Origin: Candidatus Latescibacterota bacterium
Lineage (GTDB): Bacteria > Latescibacterota > UBA2968
Direction: 5' to 3'
Assembly: GCA_965198115.1 (NCBI GenBank)
Contig: OZ240241.1
Span: 2,752,001 to 2,816,000, forward strand
DNA length: 64,000 nucleotides
Part shown: positions 41,255 to 52,452 of the stretch, piece after piece
How the letters are laid out: each line of letters begins with the position of its first letter
Numbering within the stretch: position 1 is the first letter of the stretch
Made by a program: the position numbers and the translations under genes
The notes under the pieces: model-generated
The model's input: only the letters and a program-made list of their open reading frames with translations
What the model was told of the DNA's origin: nothing
Databases searched by the model: none

Positions 41255-43197
41255 TGACTAAACGCGCCTTCACCATCGGCCTGCTCCTTTCGGCGTGGGC
41301 CAACCTCTGGCCGACCTACACCAGCCTGATCGTCCACTCCTCACGGGCCGATCACGCACACCTTCCGCCGCGATGTTCATCCCGTTTCTCGCCATCCTCG
41401 GCGGGAACGTCTTCCTCGAACGACGGGGGACAGCCCTATCCCCTTCCGAACTGCTCACCATCTGCGGTATGTCGATGGTCGCAGCGTGCATGCAGGGCGA
41501 GTGGCTGTCCGGCTACCTCGTCGGGATGATCGCCGCACCGCATTTACTTCGCCACTCCGGAGAACCGTTGGGAAGAGCTTCTCCTACAGTACATCCCCTC
41601 GTGGTCCGTCATCCCCGATCGGAGCCTCGTCCAGGGCTTCTACGAGGGGCTCGCTCCCGGCCAGGCCATTCCCTGGAGTGCGTGGATCACACCCGTGTTC
41701 TGGTGGGCCCTCTTTCTCGGCGCCCTGCTGACGGCGAACCTCTGTCTCAGTGTTCTGTTTCGTAAGCAGTGGATGGAACACGAAAAGCTTGCCTTCCCCA
41801 TTGCCAGTGCCCTGTTCGAGCTGACAGGCGCGACGGGGGAATCGGGCAAGATCGCCGCTCTGCTGAGGAATAGGCTCTTTCGTGTCGGCTTCTTCATCAC
41901 GTTCAGCGTCGTGGCGTGGAACATCGCAACCTGGTTCGTCACGGGAATGCCGATGATCCCAATTATGAACGGCCCGGCCGGCCACTTCAAGGTGACCCTC
42001 GCACCGGGGTTCCCGCAGTTCGTCACCGCCTTCAGTCTCCTGACCTTCACCTTCGGCTACTTTACGCGATCCGAAGTCCTGTTCAGCATCTGGTTCTTCC
42101 ACTTTCTGGCCGTCGCACAAGCCGGCGTTTTCAACCGAATCGGGTATGACCTCGGAAGTTCGGACATCTGGTGTTCGTTCCACCCCGCCATCGGATGGCA
42201 GAGCTTCGGAGGGCTGATCGTGCTCGTGGCGTGGGGAACCTGGATTGGACGCGATCACATCCGAGACGTAATCCGACACGCCTTGGGTGGAGCGCAGGGC
42301 GGCGACAGCGAGGAAATGATGTCCTACCGGAGCACTGCCATCCTTCTGGTTGGGACGGTTCTCTTCCTAGCGATCTGGCTGAATCGATCGGGTATGGGCA
42401 TCGGACCGATTCTCGCTTTCGGGTTCGGCACGCTGGTACTCTACCTAGGTCTCTCGAGGATCATCATCGAGAGCGGCCTCGTCTTCCTGCGCGGCCCCAT
42501 CACTGCGCAGGCTTTCACGTGGCACCTCTTCGGCATCGCCGGAATGGGTCCCTTCAGTGCGGCCGCCCTCGCGTTGTCTTTTGCGTGGTCCTGTGACGCC
42601 AAGACGTTCGGAATGACGATGATGGCCCACGTCCCTCGCCTGGGGGCCGCGATGAACCGACGGAGTCGACGGCCGCTCGCTCCTGCCGTCCTGGTTGCTT
42701 CCCTCGTCGGCGCCCTGACGGTGATCGTCTACCTTGTCTACGAGGGTTACCACGCGACGGGAGGATTCAATTTTGGCGCGGTCAGCTTCAAGGGAACGGG
42801 AAGTCTGAACGCCTTCGGCGTCTGCAAATTCACGTCCGCACGAATCCAGCAAGGTACATTCGGTACGGACTGGTCTCGCGTTTCCTTCCTCAGGATCGGC
42901 GCCGCCTTTACCGCCTTTCTCTTCTGGCTTCGCTACCAGTTTCCCGGCTTCCCGATCCATCCGATCGGCTTCACGATCTCCGCCGCAGCCCCGCTGCAGA
43001 ACACTGGACTCACGATCTTCCTCATCTGGGCGCTGAAATCACTCATCCTGCGGATCGGAGGACTCGAACGGTATCGAGCCACGGCCCCACTTTTTCTGGG
43101 ATTCATGATCGGCTTCATTGCCGGGGCGGCACTCGGGGTGGTCGTCGACACGATCTGGTTCCACGGCCAAGGCCACGAAATCCATTTCGCGTATTGA
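41254..43197 (+). pseudogene. DUF6785/DUF6784-type membrane protein copy 3; two compensating frameshifts (about 41364 and about 41544)
   Basis: Same start MTKRAF and same 1944-nt span as copy 2; three ORF pieces are collinear with copy 2. Confidence 0.85.
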
Positions 43198-43210
43198 TCA
43201 GGAGAGACCC

Positions 43211-43310
43211 GTGCCTACGGAGATGGAAGAATATCTGCTCGATCTTCGTGGTTATATCATCATCCCGAAACGCACTCGAACCCGATCTGATCGATGATCT
43301 GCACGAAGGT
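43211..43310 (+). pseudogene. N-terminal remnant of a PhyH-family gene
   Basis: AGGAG RBS, then MPTEMEEYLLDLRGYIII.NALEPDLIDDL, like the PhyH start ERYFWDLTGYLVVRDVL; ends abruptly. Confidence 0.55.
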
Positions 43311-43383
43311 CCCCGATACCCCCCGACACCCGAAGTGAGAACAAAAAAAGACCCGAGCTACGATGCTCGAGTCTCTTCCGTCC

Positions 43384-43409
43384 AAAAAGTGGCCCCGGGG
43401 CCACTTTTT
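43384..43409. terminator. Bidirectional terminator (perfect palindrome)
   Basis: AAAAAGTGGCCCCGGGGCCACTTTTT between convergent genes. Confidence 0.8.
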
Positions 43410-43432
43410 CAATCGCCCTGAACTCTCATTTC

Positions 43433-46400
43433 TCATCCCGATGTGAAGTCCACGCCAAAATTCGGCACCCAAATCAGAAAGTCGAGGAACCCCACGAACC
43501 CGTCCCCGTCTAAATCGAAGATCACGTCATAGTCCGCATCGCCCACACGGCTTGACCACGCCACCCCGAAAAGGAAGAAGTCGTTCAGATTAACGATCCT
43601 GTTTTTGTCGAAGTCACCGGGTCGGTCGAGCACGACCGTCACCACTTGAGTGCCCGTAGCTACCCCACCGAACGGATCCGTCACCGAGAGTTCTACGACC
43701 ACGATCCCCTCGGCGCTTGGCTCCAGATCGATTTCAAGCGTCGTGCCGATCGCGCGCGCGCCGATCACCGGACCCGTCACGGATTCAACCGCCCACACCA
43801 ACGCGGTCGAGTCATCAGGATCCGCCACCAGCCCTGCCAGTTCGATGACGAGCATCTCTCTCGGCAGAGCCTCGAGTTCCGCGATTTCTTCGATCACGGG
43901 GACCTGGTTCTCACCCGCGATCAATATGACCACCGTCCCGTTTGTCACAGTGCCCGAATCATCTGCCGCCGTGTAGGTGATCGTGTCCTCGCCCTCGAAC
44001 GCGTCGGGGGTCGCATAGTCGATCACGCCATCCTCGTTCACCTCGGCCACGCCCGACACGGCATCCGCGTCGACGAGATGCACATCGTCCCCGTCTATGT
44101 CACTGACGAGCTGCAACACGGGGACCACGACGCGACTGCCGCCACGAAGATGAAGCGTGTCGGTTCCCGCGATGGGCGCGTCGTTCACCGGGCTGATCTT
44201 GATCACAGCATCTGTTGTATCCGCACCCCCGCCTGGATCGCGCACGACCGTCCCGACGCGGAATGTCCCGAACGCATCGGGTGGGGGAAAGAATCGGGCG
44301 ATCAGGTTGTCGCCGAGCGCTGTCAGTCCGACCTCGAACAGGCTGTCACTCGATTCGAATGTCCAGGTCAGATCGTCGAAGGGCGTGTCGGGATCTGTCA
44401 CCAGATCGTTCAGCGCGACGGATGCGCTGCCGTCCTCTTCAGCCTCCAGCAGCGGGAAGATACGCAGCCGCGGAGGCCGATTGCCGAAGGTCAGTTCACC
44501 CAGAGGCCGAAGCGTAAAGGGCGACCCGGACGACAGATACTGGCTGTTGCGAACCGGGAATTCGTTCAACACGACCAAAGCTGTTCGGTCATCCAGAGTG
44601 GCCTCTACGACGAGACTCAGACGCGCCAGGAGCGTCGACGACGTCAACGGGTTGAAGAGAGACGTCGACAAGCTCAGCACCCCGTCGGATTCCACAAAGT
44701 CATTGATCAGGACGATGGCGTTTTCCGTTGCGCCGATGCGTTCGAAGGGTGTCTGCGCGGTCAGCGGGGCAAGGAACCGAGTGTCCAACCGTATGAACAG
44801 GTCCGCACCTTCGACCGAAACACCCTGGGGATTTACGACCACGTCCACGACGACCGTGTCTCCGAGCTCCGGCAGCGACAGCGAGTCGACACGCACCAGC
44901 TCCACCGTCGAGACTCCCGATTTCGAGGTACCTCTAGCGCCTGAAGCAGAATCGGGACGCGCTCACGACCCAGTACGTTCGTCGAAACCCAGAGCGTATC
45001 CGATCGTGGCTCCACGTCGGGCGGCAGGTAGAAGACCGACAGACTCCGCTCATCCCCAGGAAGGATCAGCGAATCCAACAAGCCTACCGTGAACGCCGTA
45101 TCGGCCCATTCGGGTTGGCCAAGCCGCAGGGTGTCGTTGCCGCTGTTTCGGAAAGTCACGCGCTGCGTGTCCCGTATGCCCACATCGAGACTGCCAAACA
45201 CCAGCACGCCCGGCTCGAGCTGGAGGTCCGGGCCGAGCCCCGTCCCAACCAGCGTGACCGATGGCGGAGGTCCCTCCGGTCCGCCCTGGCCAGCGTTGGA
45301 CGCAGCGACAATCACCTCCGCACGTGGCCCAGGGCGCGTTGGGATGAACAGAACCGTGATCTCCGCTGACGAGCCCGGTGGCACGGCAAAGTCCAACGGG
45401 TCGACAAGAAACGGCGTGTCGGGGCCGTGCGTGATCGACACAAAGAGCGTGTCCGACCCCGGGTTGTCGACCGTCGTCGATCGCGAAACCGAATCGGCCA
45501 CGGCCACCGCTCCAAAGTCGATCTCTACGTCCGCCAGGGCGATGTCCGGGTGTCCGCCAACCACGAGTAGAGGAACGAGCAGGTCTGGGCGACCGGGCGC
45601 ATCGTGCGTGATCAAAAGGTCCTCGACTCGCTTGCCTGGACCGTCCGAAACGAACACAACCAGCAGAGTCCCCTGTGCCCCCGGTTCGATGATCAGCGTA
45701 TCCGGGTCCACGCGGAAGGATACCGAGACAGGTTGGGGCGTGAGCACGATTGGCTGGTCCGACTGATTGTCGACAATCAGCGTGTCCCGCACCTCCCCAC
45801 CCAGACCTGGATTCACGAAGACGAGCTCTCGCTGCACGGTTCCGAAAGATACACCGACACCGTTCCCCTCGAAGTCAGCACGGAGAAGCTCAACGAAGGG
45901 ATCGTCGTGCTCGAGAACCAGCGATCCCGCGAACGGACCCGGCCCATCGGGATCGAACGTCACCAGCAGGTCGAACGCTGCCCCCAGCTCCACAATCCCC
46001 GGGACGTCTCCCACGCTGAATCCTGGCCCCTCCAACACCACCTCCGTCACCTCGAACGGGACCGGTCCTCCATTGAGCAGAACCACCGGCACGATGGCCG
46101 GGAACCCGGGCTCGACGTCTCCGAACGAGACGATTACGGGCTCGAGGGTGACCGCGCGCAACCCGGCCACACCCTCGAGCGCGAGCGAATCTGGACTGGT
46201 AGCCGCATCGTGCGACACCACCAGCTCGGCCTGGTAGAACCCGGTATCCGACGGGACGATTCGCAGTTCGATGGGTCCTTCCCCGCCGGGTAAGATCACC
46301 AGACTGTCGATGACGGGAACCACGTTCGGATTCGACGAAGCGATGGAGTCGACGTGGAGTGTGTCGTCACCCGTGTTGGCCAGGCTCACCACGAGGGTGA

Positions 46401-47191
46401 ACGTCTCACCTACCTGGAGGTCGGGCAACACGAACACCGAATCCGATAGCGAGGCCATCGGTTCGGGGGGCGGCGTGGCCAGACCGGATACGGGCACCCG
46501 TGTCGGCGAGGAAGAACCGTTGTGAACGATCGACAACGTGTCGATGAAGACGCCCAGCGTGTCGGGCGCGAAAATCACGCCGATGGCACCGTGATTGTCG
46601 GGAAAACGTGACGACCAAGGAGTCCGGCGAAGCGGAAAACGCCGAATCGACGAGCGTGGCCCCCGTGATTCTGAGGGTATCGGTGCCCAGTGTCTCGAAA
46701 CTCACAAACAGCTGTTTCTGAAATCCAATCCGCACCTCCCCGAAGTCGAGTGCGGGAGCCCCCAATATCAACTCGACATCCGTCCCGAAGCCCTCGATCG
46801 GAATGATGAGCGGATTGGCCGTCACGGGATCATCGTGCGCGACAACCAGTCCCCCCGTTTCGCCCCCGACGAAAAAGGGCGTGAAGGTCACACCGACCAC
46901 CAGACTGTCGCCTACCGGCACGCTCTGAGAACTATCCGGGAACGCGCCGAACGGGTCGGCCGCGGTGATGTCCATCAGGTTCAGCAGAGCGGTCCCCACG
47001 TTGCGGATAGCCACGAATACCGTATCAGTCGTCCCGACCGCAGTGCTGTCGAAATCCAACGAGTTAATCGACGCCTCAATCGTAGGTTGGGATCGGGCCT
47101 CGGTAGCCACCAGGCACGCAGCCGCCGCGACCAGCAACAGGACCCGGGAACACCGCCCCGGCCACGATAGGTGGTATGTGCGTGAGTCCAT
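43433..47191 (-). pseudogene. Large secreted multi-Ig-domain protein (choice-of-anchor D-like repeats, cohesin-like, cadherin/Big-like, C-terminal dockerin/EF-hand-like); frameshifts about 46590 and about 44925
   Basis: Signal peptide; repeated LDFG.V......I.N.G...L.....F.P...G..L...H; VNDAP/NQVP cadherin linkers; GDFDKNRIVNLNDFFLF..FDLDGDGFVGFLDFLIW..FG. Confidence 0.8.
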
Positions 47192-47325
47192 CACTTCATT
47201 CTGTCTTGGCAGTTTCTCATCTGTTCAAATATAATAGTAACCACAGCTTACAGCGCGTGCCCCACGTCACAAGGCACGCAGGACCGAATCCTACCCCACT
47301 TTACCCAACCAGAACGGAGTTACGT

Positions 47326-49533
47326 ATGTCGAACGATACACTGACTACCGTTGGAAAGCGCGTCGGACGGCTCAACGGCCCCGACATCGTGACCGGCCGC
47401 ACGGCCTACGCAGACGACATACACCTGGCCGGTATGCTCCACGGACGCGTTCTCCATAGCCCTCACGCCCACGCACGAATTCGATCCGTGGACGTCGATA
47501 GGGCTCGCGCGTTCCCCGGCGTCGTAGACATCATCACCGCGAAGGAGACATCGAAGGGGTCAACGCTTTTCGCCAGCAAAGAGGTCTGCTACGAGGGACA
47601 GAAGGTCGCGGTCGTCATCGCTGAAGATCCCGACATCGCAGAAGACGCGTTAGAGCTTATCGAGGTCGATTATAGAGTTCTCCCTTCGACGACGGATCCT
47701 TACGAAGCCATGTCACCCGATGCCCCACCCGTCATTCTCGATGCACCAACTGAGGATGTTTTCGATGACGACGGCCGAAGGTTGAGCAACATCGCGGATT
47801 GGAGCGAACACATCGACGGGGATGTGGAAGCGGCTTTTGCCAACGCCGACGCCATCGTCGAGGCCGAATATCGCGCTCCCTTCTGGCATCAGACCTACAT
47901 GGAGCCGAATTCCTGTACCGCCCGTGCCGAACCGGACGGGCGGATTACGCTCTGGACGTCGTGCCAGGGCTCCTTCAACATTCGCGACGCGGTATCGGGC
48001 GCGCTGGATATCCCCCAGGGTCGTATCCGCGTCATTCCGCTCGAAATGGGTGGCGGCTTCGGTGCAAAAAACGGCCCCTTCACGGAACCCCACGCCGTTC
48101 TCGGAGCCATCCGCACGGGTCGCCCGGTGAAGATCCTCATGAGTCGGGAGGAGGAGTTCATCGACGGGCGACCGGCACCCGGCTGCTGGGTTCGCTTGAA
48201 GACCGCCGGCAAGAAAGATGGCACCATCACCGCGGTCGAGGGTCGCATCGCGTGGGATGGCGGCGTTTCTGGCAGGAGCGGAGCCGTCGTTCGCCTGATC
48301 GGTCCGTATCTCATCGAGAACGTCAAGCTCGAGGCCCTCGGAGTTCGAACCAACAAACCCGCGCCCGGTGCCTTTCGTGCTCCCGGCGCACCCCAGATGG
48401 CGCTGGCGCGTGAATCCAACCTCGACATGCTTGCCCGGGAACTCGACATCGATCCGATCGAACTCCGGATGAAGAATGCCGTGGGCCCCGGCCACCGCTC
48501 GCCCACAGGAGCACCGATCCCCCACGATTGGCTGCGAGACACTCTGCAGGCGGCCTCCGACACGGCAGAGTGGGGAAAGAAGAAACTCAAACCCAACCAG
48601 GGCGTAGGAATCGCCTGCGGAGACTGGCGTAACGGCTCCGGCGCCACCAACGCATTCGTCACCTTGTCTTCGGACGGGTCCGTGTCCGTCCTGACCGGCC
48701 AGGTCGATATCACCGGTCTCCACACGGTCATGGCGCAGATCGTGGCCGAAGAGCTTCACGTGCCCGTCGACAGGGTCAAGATGACCCTTGGGGACACCGA
48801 CAAGGTCCCCTACACCTCGTTGAGTGCCGGCAGCAAGGCGGCCTATTCCGCCGGAACAGCCGCGAGAAGGGCGGCTGAGGACGCGAGAGAGCAGCTGCTC
48901 AAAGTTGGAGCCGGTATCCTCGAGGCAGCCGTAGAGGACGTCGAAATCGGAGATGAATGCGTGTTCGTCAGCGGGTCACCCTCGCGTTCCGTCTCCTTCG
49001 GGGATGTAGCCTCAGAAGCGGAAGGCTCCCCGAATGGACCGATTTCCGGAACATCCATCGTGGGCTCGATACCGAGCTACGCATCCTACGCCGTCAACGT
49101 CGCGACCGTCGAAGTCGACACTGAAACGGGCCACGTCAAGCTCATCGATCTCGTCGCCGCGCAGGACGTGGGCAAAGCCCTCAACCCCATGCTCGTCGAG
49201 GGACAGGTCGAGGGCGGCGCAGTCCAATCCGTCGCCTACGGCCTGATGGAAGGAATGATCTACGACGATGAAGGGCGCGTGGGGAATCCGAATCTCCTCG
49301 ACTATGCCATTCCGACCATCGGGGACGTACCGAAAGTCAAGACCGTGCTGGTCGAGACGCCGTGTGATCACGGGCCGTATGGTGCGAAAGGCGTCGGGGA
49401 GCCACCCATCATTCCGGGTGCGGCAGCCATCGCCAACGCCATCTACGACGCCGTCGGCGTCCGAATCACACAGATCCCGATCACACCCGAGCGGGTGGTC
49501 CGGGCCCTCAAGGAAAATGGGGGTCCATCGTGA
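47326..49533 (+). CDS. Xanthine dehydrogenase-family molybdopterin-binding large subunit
   Basis: GGAG RBS; SPHAHARI, QTYMEP, MGGGFG.K, GAFRAPG, GQVEGG, GAKGVGEP. Confidence 0.93.
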   Translation: MSNDTLTTVGKRVGRLNGPDIVTGRTAYADDIHLAGMLHGRVLHSPHAHARIRSVDVDRARAFPGVVDIITAKETSKGSTLFASKEVCYEGQKVAVVIAEDPDIAEDALELIEVDYRVLPSTTDPYEAMSPDAPPVILDAPTEDVFDDDGRRLSNIADWSEHIDGDVEAAFANADAIVEAEYRAPFWHQTYMEPNSCTARAEPDGRITLWTSCQGSFNIRDAVSGALDIPQGRIRVIPLEMGGGFGAKNGPFTEPHAVLGAIRTGRPVKILMSREEEFIDGRPAPGCWVRLKTAGKKDGTITAVEGRIAWDGGVSGRSGAVVRLIGPYLIENVKLEALGVRTNKPAPGAFRAPGAPQMALARESNLDMLARELDIDPIELRMKNAVGPGHRSPTGAPIPHDWLRDTLQAASDTAEWGKKKLKPNQGVGIACGDWRNGSGATNAFVTLSSDGSVSVLTGQVDITGLHTVMAQIVAEELHVPVDRVKMTLGDTDKVPYTSLSAGSKAAYSAGTAARRAAEDAREQLLKVGAGILEAAVEDVEIGDECVFVSGSPSRSVSFGDVASEAEGSPNGPISGTSIVGSIPSYASYAVNVATVEVDTETGHVKLIDLVAAQDVGKALNPMLVEGQVEGGAVQSVAYGLMEGMIYDDEGRVGNPNLLDYAIPTIGDVPKVKTVLVETPCDHGPYGAKGVGEPPIIPGAAAIANAIYDAVGVRITQIPITPERVVRALKENGGPS

Positions 49534-50423
49534 ACGCTTTTGAATACTTTCTCCCAAAAACCGCGAAAGAAGCGGCCAAACTTCTAAAAAAGCATCCCGA
49601 TGCCATGGTGCTGGCCGGCGGCACGGATATGCTCGTTCGCATGAAGGGACGCTTCTACAGACCGTCGACCATCATCGACGTCAAGCGACTCCCGAAAGCC
49701 GACGAAATCAGTTTCACGGTCAAATCCGGACTCAGCATCGGTCCGGCCGTCAGCATGCGCCAGGCCGAACTGTCCCCTGCGGTTCTCACGCGATGCCCGT
49801 CGATCGCGCAGGGCGCGGCCTTCGTCGGATCCATCCAGATCCGAAACCGAGCCACCGTCATCGGTAACATCTGCAACGCCGCTCCCTCAGCAGACACGGC
49901 ACCAGGAATCATCGTCCACGGGGGCAAGGCCCGTATCGTCGGGCCTAACGGCAGACGGACGATGGACGTCGAAGACTTCATCAAGGGCCCCGGAAAGACC
50001 GACCTCCGCCGAGGAGAATTCGTTGCCGGAATCCAGATACCCACGCCTCCAGCTCGAACGGGCTCAGCCTACGTCCGGCATACCCCTCGGGTCGCCATGG
50101 ACATCGCCGTTGTCGGTGTTGGGGCGATGGTCACGCTGGCGCCCAAGCGCGACGTCTGCCAGGACATCAAAATCGTGCTCGGAGCGGTTGCTCCCGTTCC
50201 ACTGAGGGCTGTCCAGGCCGAAGCGCTGCTGATAGGTCAGGAACTCACAGCCTCGAGGATCGAGCAAGCGGCCGCTGCGGCCGCTGCCGAGGCAAAACCC
50301 ATTTCGGACGTTCGTGCCTCAGCTGATTATAGGCGCGAACTGGTCCGAGTACTCACGCAACGAATGATCTCGGCCGCATCGGACAACGCCCGAACGCCGA
50401 TCGCAAGAAGGAGGGCGGCGTGA
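49530..50423 (+). CDS. Xanthine dehydrogenase-family FAD subunit
   Basis: LAGGTD, QIRNRATVIGN..A.PSAD, SDVRASADYR. Confidence 0.93.
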   Translation: MNAFEYFLPKTAKEAAKLLKKHPDAMVLAGGTDMLVRMKGRFYRPSTIIDVKRLPKADEISFTVKSGLSIGPAVSMRQAELSPAVLTRCPSIAQGAAFVGSIQIRNRATVIGNICNAAPSADTAPGIIVHGGKARIVGPNGRRTMDVEDFIKGPGKTDLRRGEFVAGIQIPTPPARTGSAYVRHTPRVAMDIAVVGVGAMVTLAPKRDVCQDIKIVLGAVAPVPLRAVQAEALLIGQELTASRIEQAAAAAAAEAKPISDVRASADYRRELVRVLTQRMISAASDNARTPIARRRAA

Positions 50424-50914
50424 AGCACGACATTTCTTGTACCGTAAACGGTCAACGCCACGACATATCCGTCGAACCCCGTAAAACCCTGCTCGCCGTG
50501 TTGCGGGACCAGCTTCATCTAACGGGCACGAAGGAAGGATGCAGCACCGGCGATTGTGGCGCGTGTACGATCATCATGGACGGCGACACCTACACCCCCT
50601 GTCTCGTACTGGGCGTCGAAGCCGACGGCAGAGATATCACGACGGTCGAAGGCATCGCGGACGGCGCGAAGTTACACCCCTTCCAGGAGGCCATCGTCAA
50701 GAGCGGCGGCCTTCAGTGCGGGTTCTGCACGGCGGGAATCGTCGTTTCTGCTGTTTCGCTCCTCGATGAGAACCCGGAGCCTTCTGATGAAGAAATCCAG
50801 AGGGGCCTGGCCGGCAATCTCTGTCGGTGCACCGGCTACACAAAGGTGCTCGAGGCCGTACACGACGCGAGCAGACTGATGAAAAGAAGGCCCGGCCGGA
50901 AAACGGCGAAATAG
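50420..50914 (+). CDS. [2Fe-2S] small subunit
   Basis: GCSTGDCGAC, QCGFC, NLCRCTGY. Confidence 0.95.
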   Translation: MKHDISCTVNGQRHDISVEPRKTLLAVLRDQLHLTGTKEGCSTGDCGACTIIMDGDTYTPCLVLGVEADGRDITTVEGIADGAKLHPFQEAIVKSGGLQCGFCTAGIVVSAVSLLDENPEPSDEEIQRGLAGNLCRCTGYTKVLEAVHDASRLMKRRPGRKTAK

Positions 50915-51082
50915 AATAGTCCACCGGACCTCACACGTATCACGAGCGGCCCGCGTCTTACCAGGCGTGGGCCGACTGTGTTCGGGGCCATCAAACCTTG
51001 ATCCAGAGGTAGGCTCGATGTCGGACTTACCCGACCTCATCTACATCTTCGATGGGCACGACGGCGTACGGAAGGCCGACTC

Positions 51083-52452
51083 CTGAGCCCCTCCAGCGCG
51101 AGCGATACGGATACCCTTTCACGGGATGCCGAGATCCTCCCCGAGACGGAACGCCGCTCCGGGCAGAGGCGTCTGATCGGCATGTCCGTCCTGAGCGAGA
51201 GCAGCGACGCGTTCATCACCTCCATCGCCCCCCTGTTCTTGCTTACGATCGGCGCCTCCTCCATCCACATAGGCCTGTTGGCGACGAGCGAACACATCCA
51301 GAAAATCGCCCGATTCGTCGGTCTGCGGCTCGTCCGAACGTTTGGAAAAGCCAGACTCATGGCGCTCAGCCGGTTGGTGGCGGCATTGCCTGTCGTCGCT
51401 CTGGTTCTCGTCGCCGCGTTCGGTGTCTCGTCGAGTTACGTGGTGATCCTCGCGATCGGCATCCTCGCCCTCCGGGAGTTTCTTCGCCAGATGGGAAACA
51501 CCGCCTGGTGGCCACTTATCCAGGACAACGCTGCCGGGGACCCTACGGAGCCTTCATGGCGCGCCTGCGCATCCGTCAACGGAGCGCATCCCTGTTTCTT
51601 CCGGTCGTCATCGGCTGGTATCTGGGCACAGCGCCATCCCCGCAGCGCTTCGCCCTTCCGTTTGCACTCGGCATCGCAGCTTCAGTCTTGGGGGCACGGT
51701 GGGCGTGGTGGGTGAGCGAGGGACCACCGCTTCGGCAGGCCGAGGGAGGGGTCGTTCGCCGTCTGCTTCGCGCGTATCGGTTGCCCCCGGTGCGCTGGCT
51801 CTCGCTCCTGATGTTCCTTCACCGGGGCATCACCGCCGCCACATATCCCCTTTTTGTCGTCGTCCTCACGCGTCACGGTATGTCGGCCATGATCTTCGTC
51901 TGGCTGACATCGGCCGCCGCATTCGGCCAGGTCACGAGCCTGACCGCCTGGGGACGGTGGGTGGATCGCCACGGGAGCCGACCCACGCTTTCACTGGCTC
52001 TCTGCATCCAGGCATCCATCGCCGCGGCGTGGATCTGGCTACCCGCGGAACCCGGGCCGTGGCAACTCATCTGGGGCTTCTCGTTCTACATCATCTGGGG
52101 CTTCTCGTTCTACATCATCTGGGGCATCATGGAAGGAGGCATGAATCTCGGCAGGACACGTGCGATGATGGTCGCCGTCTCCGGAGATCACCAGGTCGAA
52201 GGGTTCAACGCGATCATGTATGCGAGTGCCGTGGGGGGCATGATCGGGGGGATCGGTGGCGGCGTCCTGCTCGACTGGCTCGGAGAACGTTCGACACCAG
52301 GTCTGGGTCTACCGGCCGACCAGACATATCTGCTTGCGGCGCAGGCCGGCATGTTCGTGGTTTATTGGGTCAGCCGGCGGCTCGTCGGGGCTGATACGCA
52401 ACCAACGCTACGCTCACTTGCCCTGAATCGTCTGAAGAGGAGCACGGATTGA
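51083..52452 (+). pseudogene. MFS transporter; frameshift about 51542 and a 24-bp internal duplication; start uncertain
   Basis: About 12 TM helices across two frames; WGRWVDRHGSRP motif A. Confidence 0.75.

Noticed and set aside
26195-46293. Long antisense ORFs (for example 26195-27223, 28830-29951, 43646-44944)
   Set aside because: Shadow frames of GC-rich genes on the opposite strand with no motif support
47326-50914. Aerobic CO dehydrogenase coxLMS
   Set aside because: Lacks AYxCSFR and accessory cox genes
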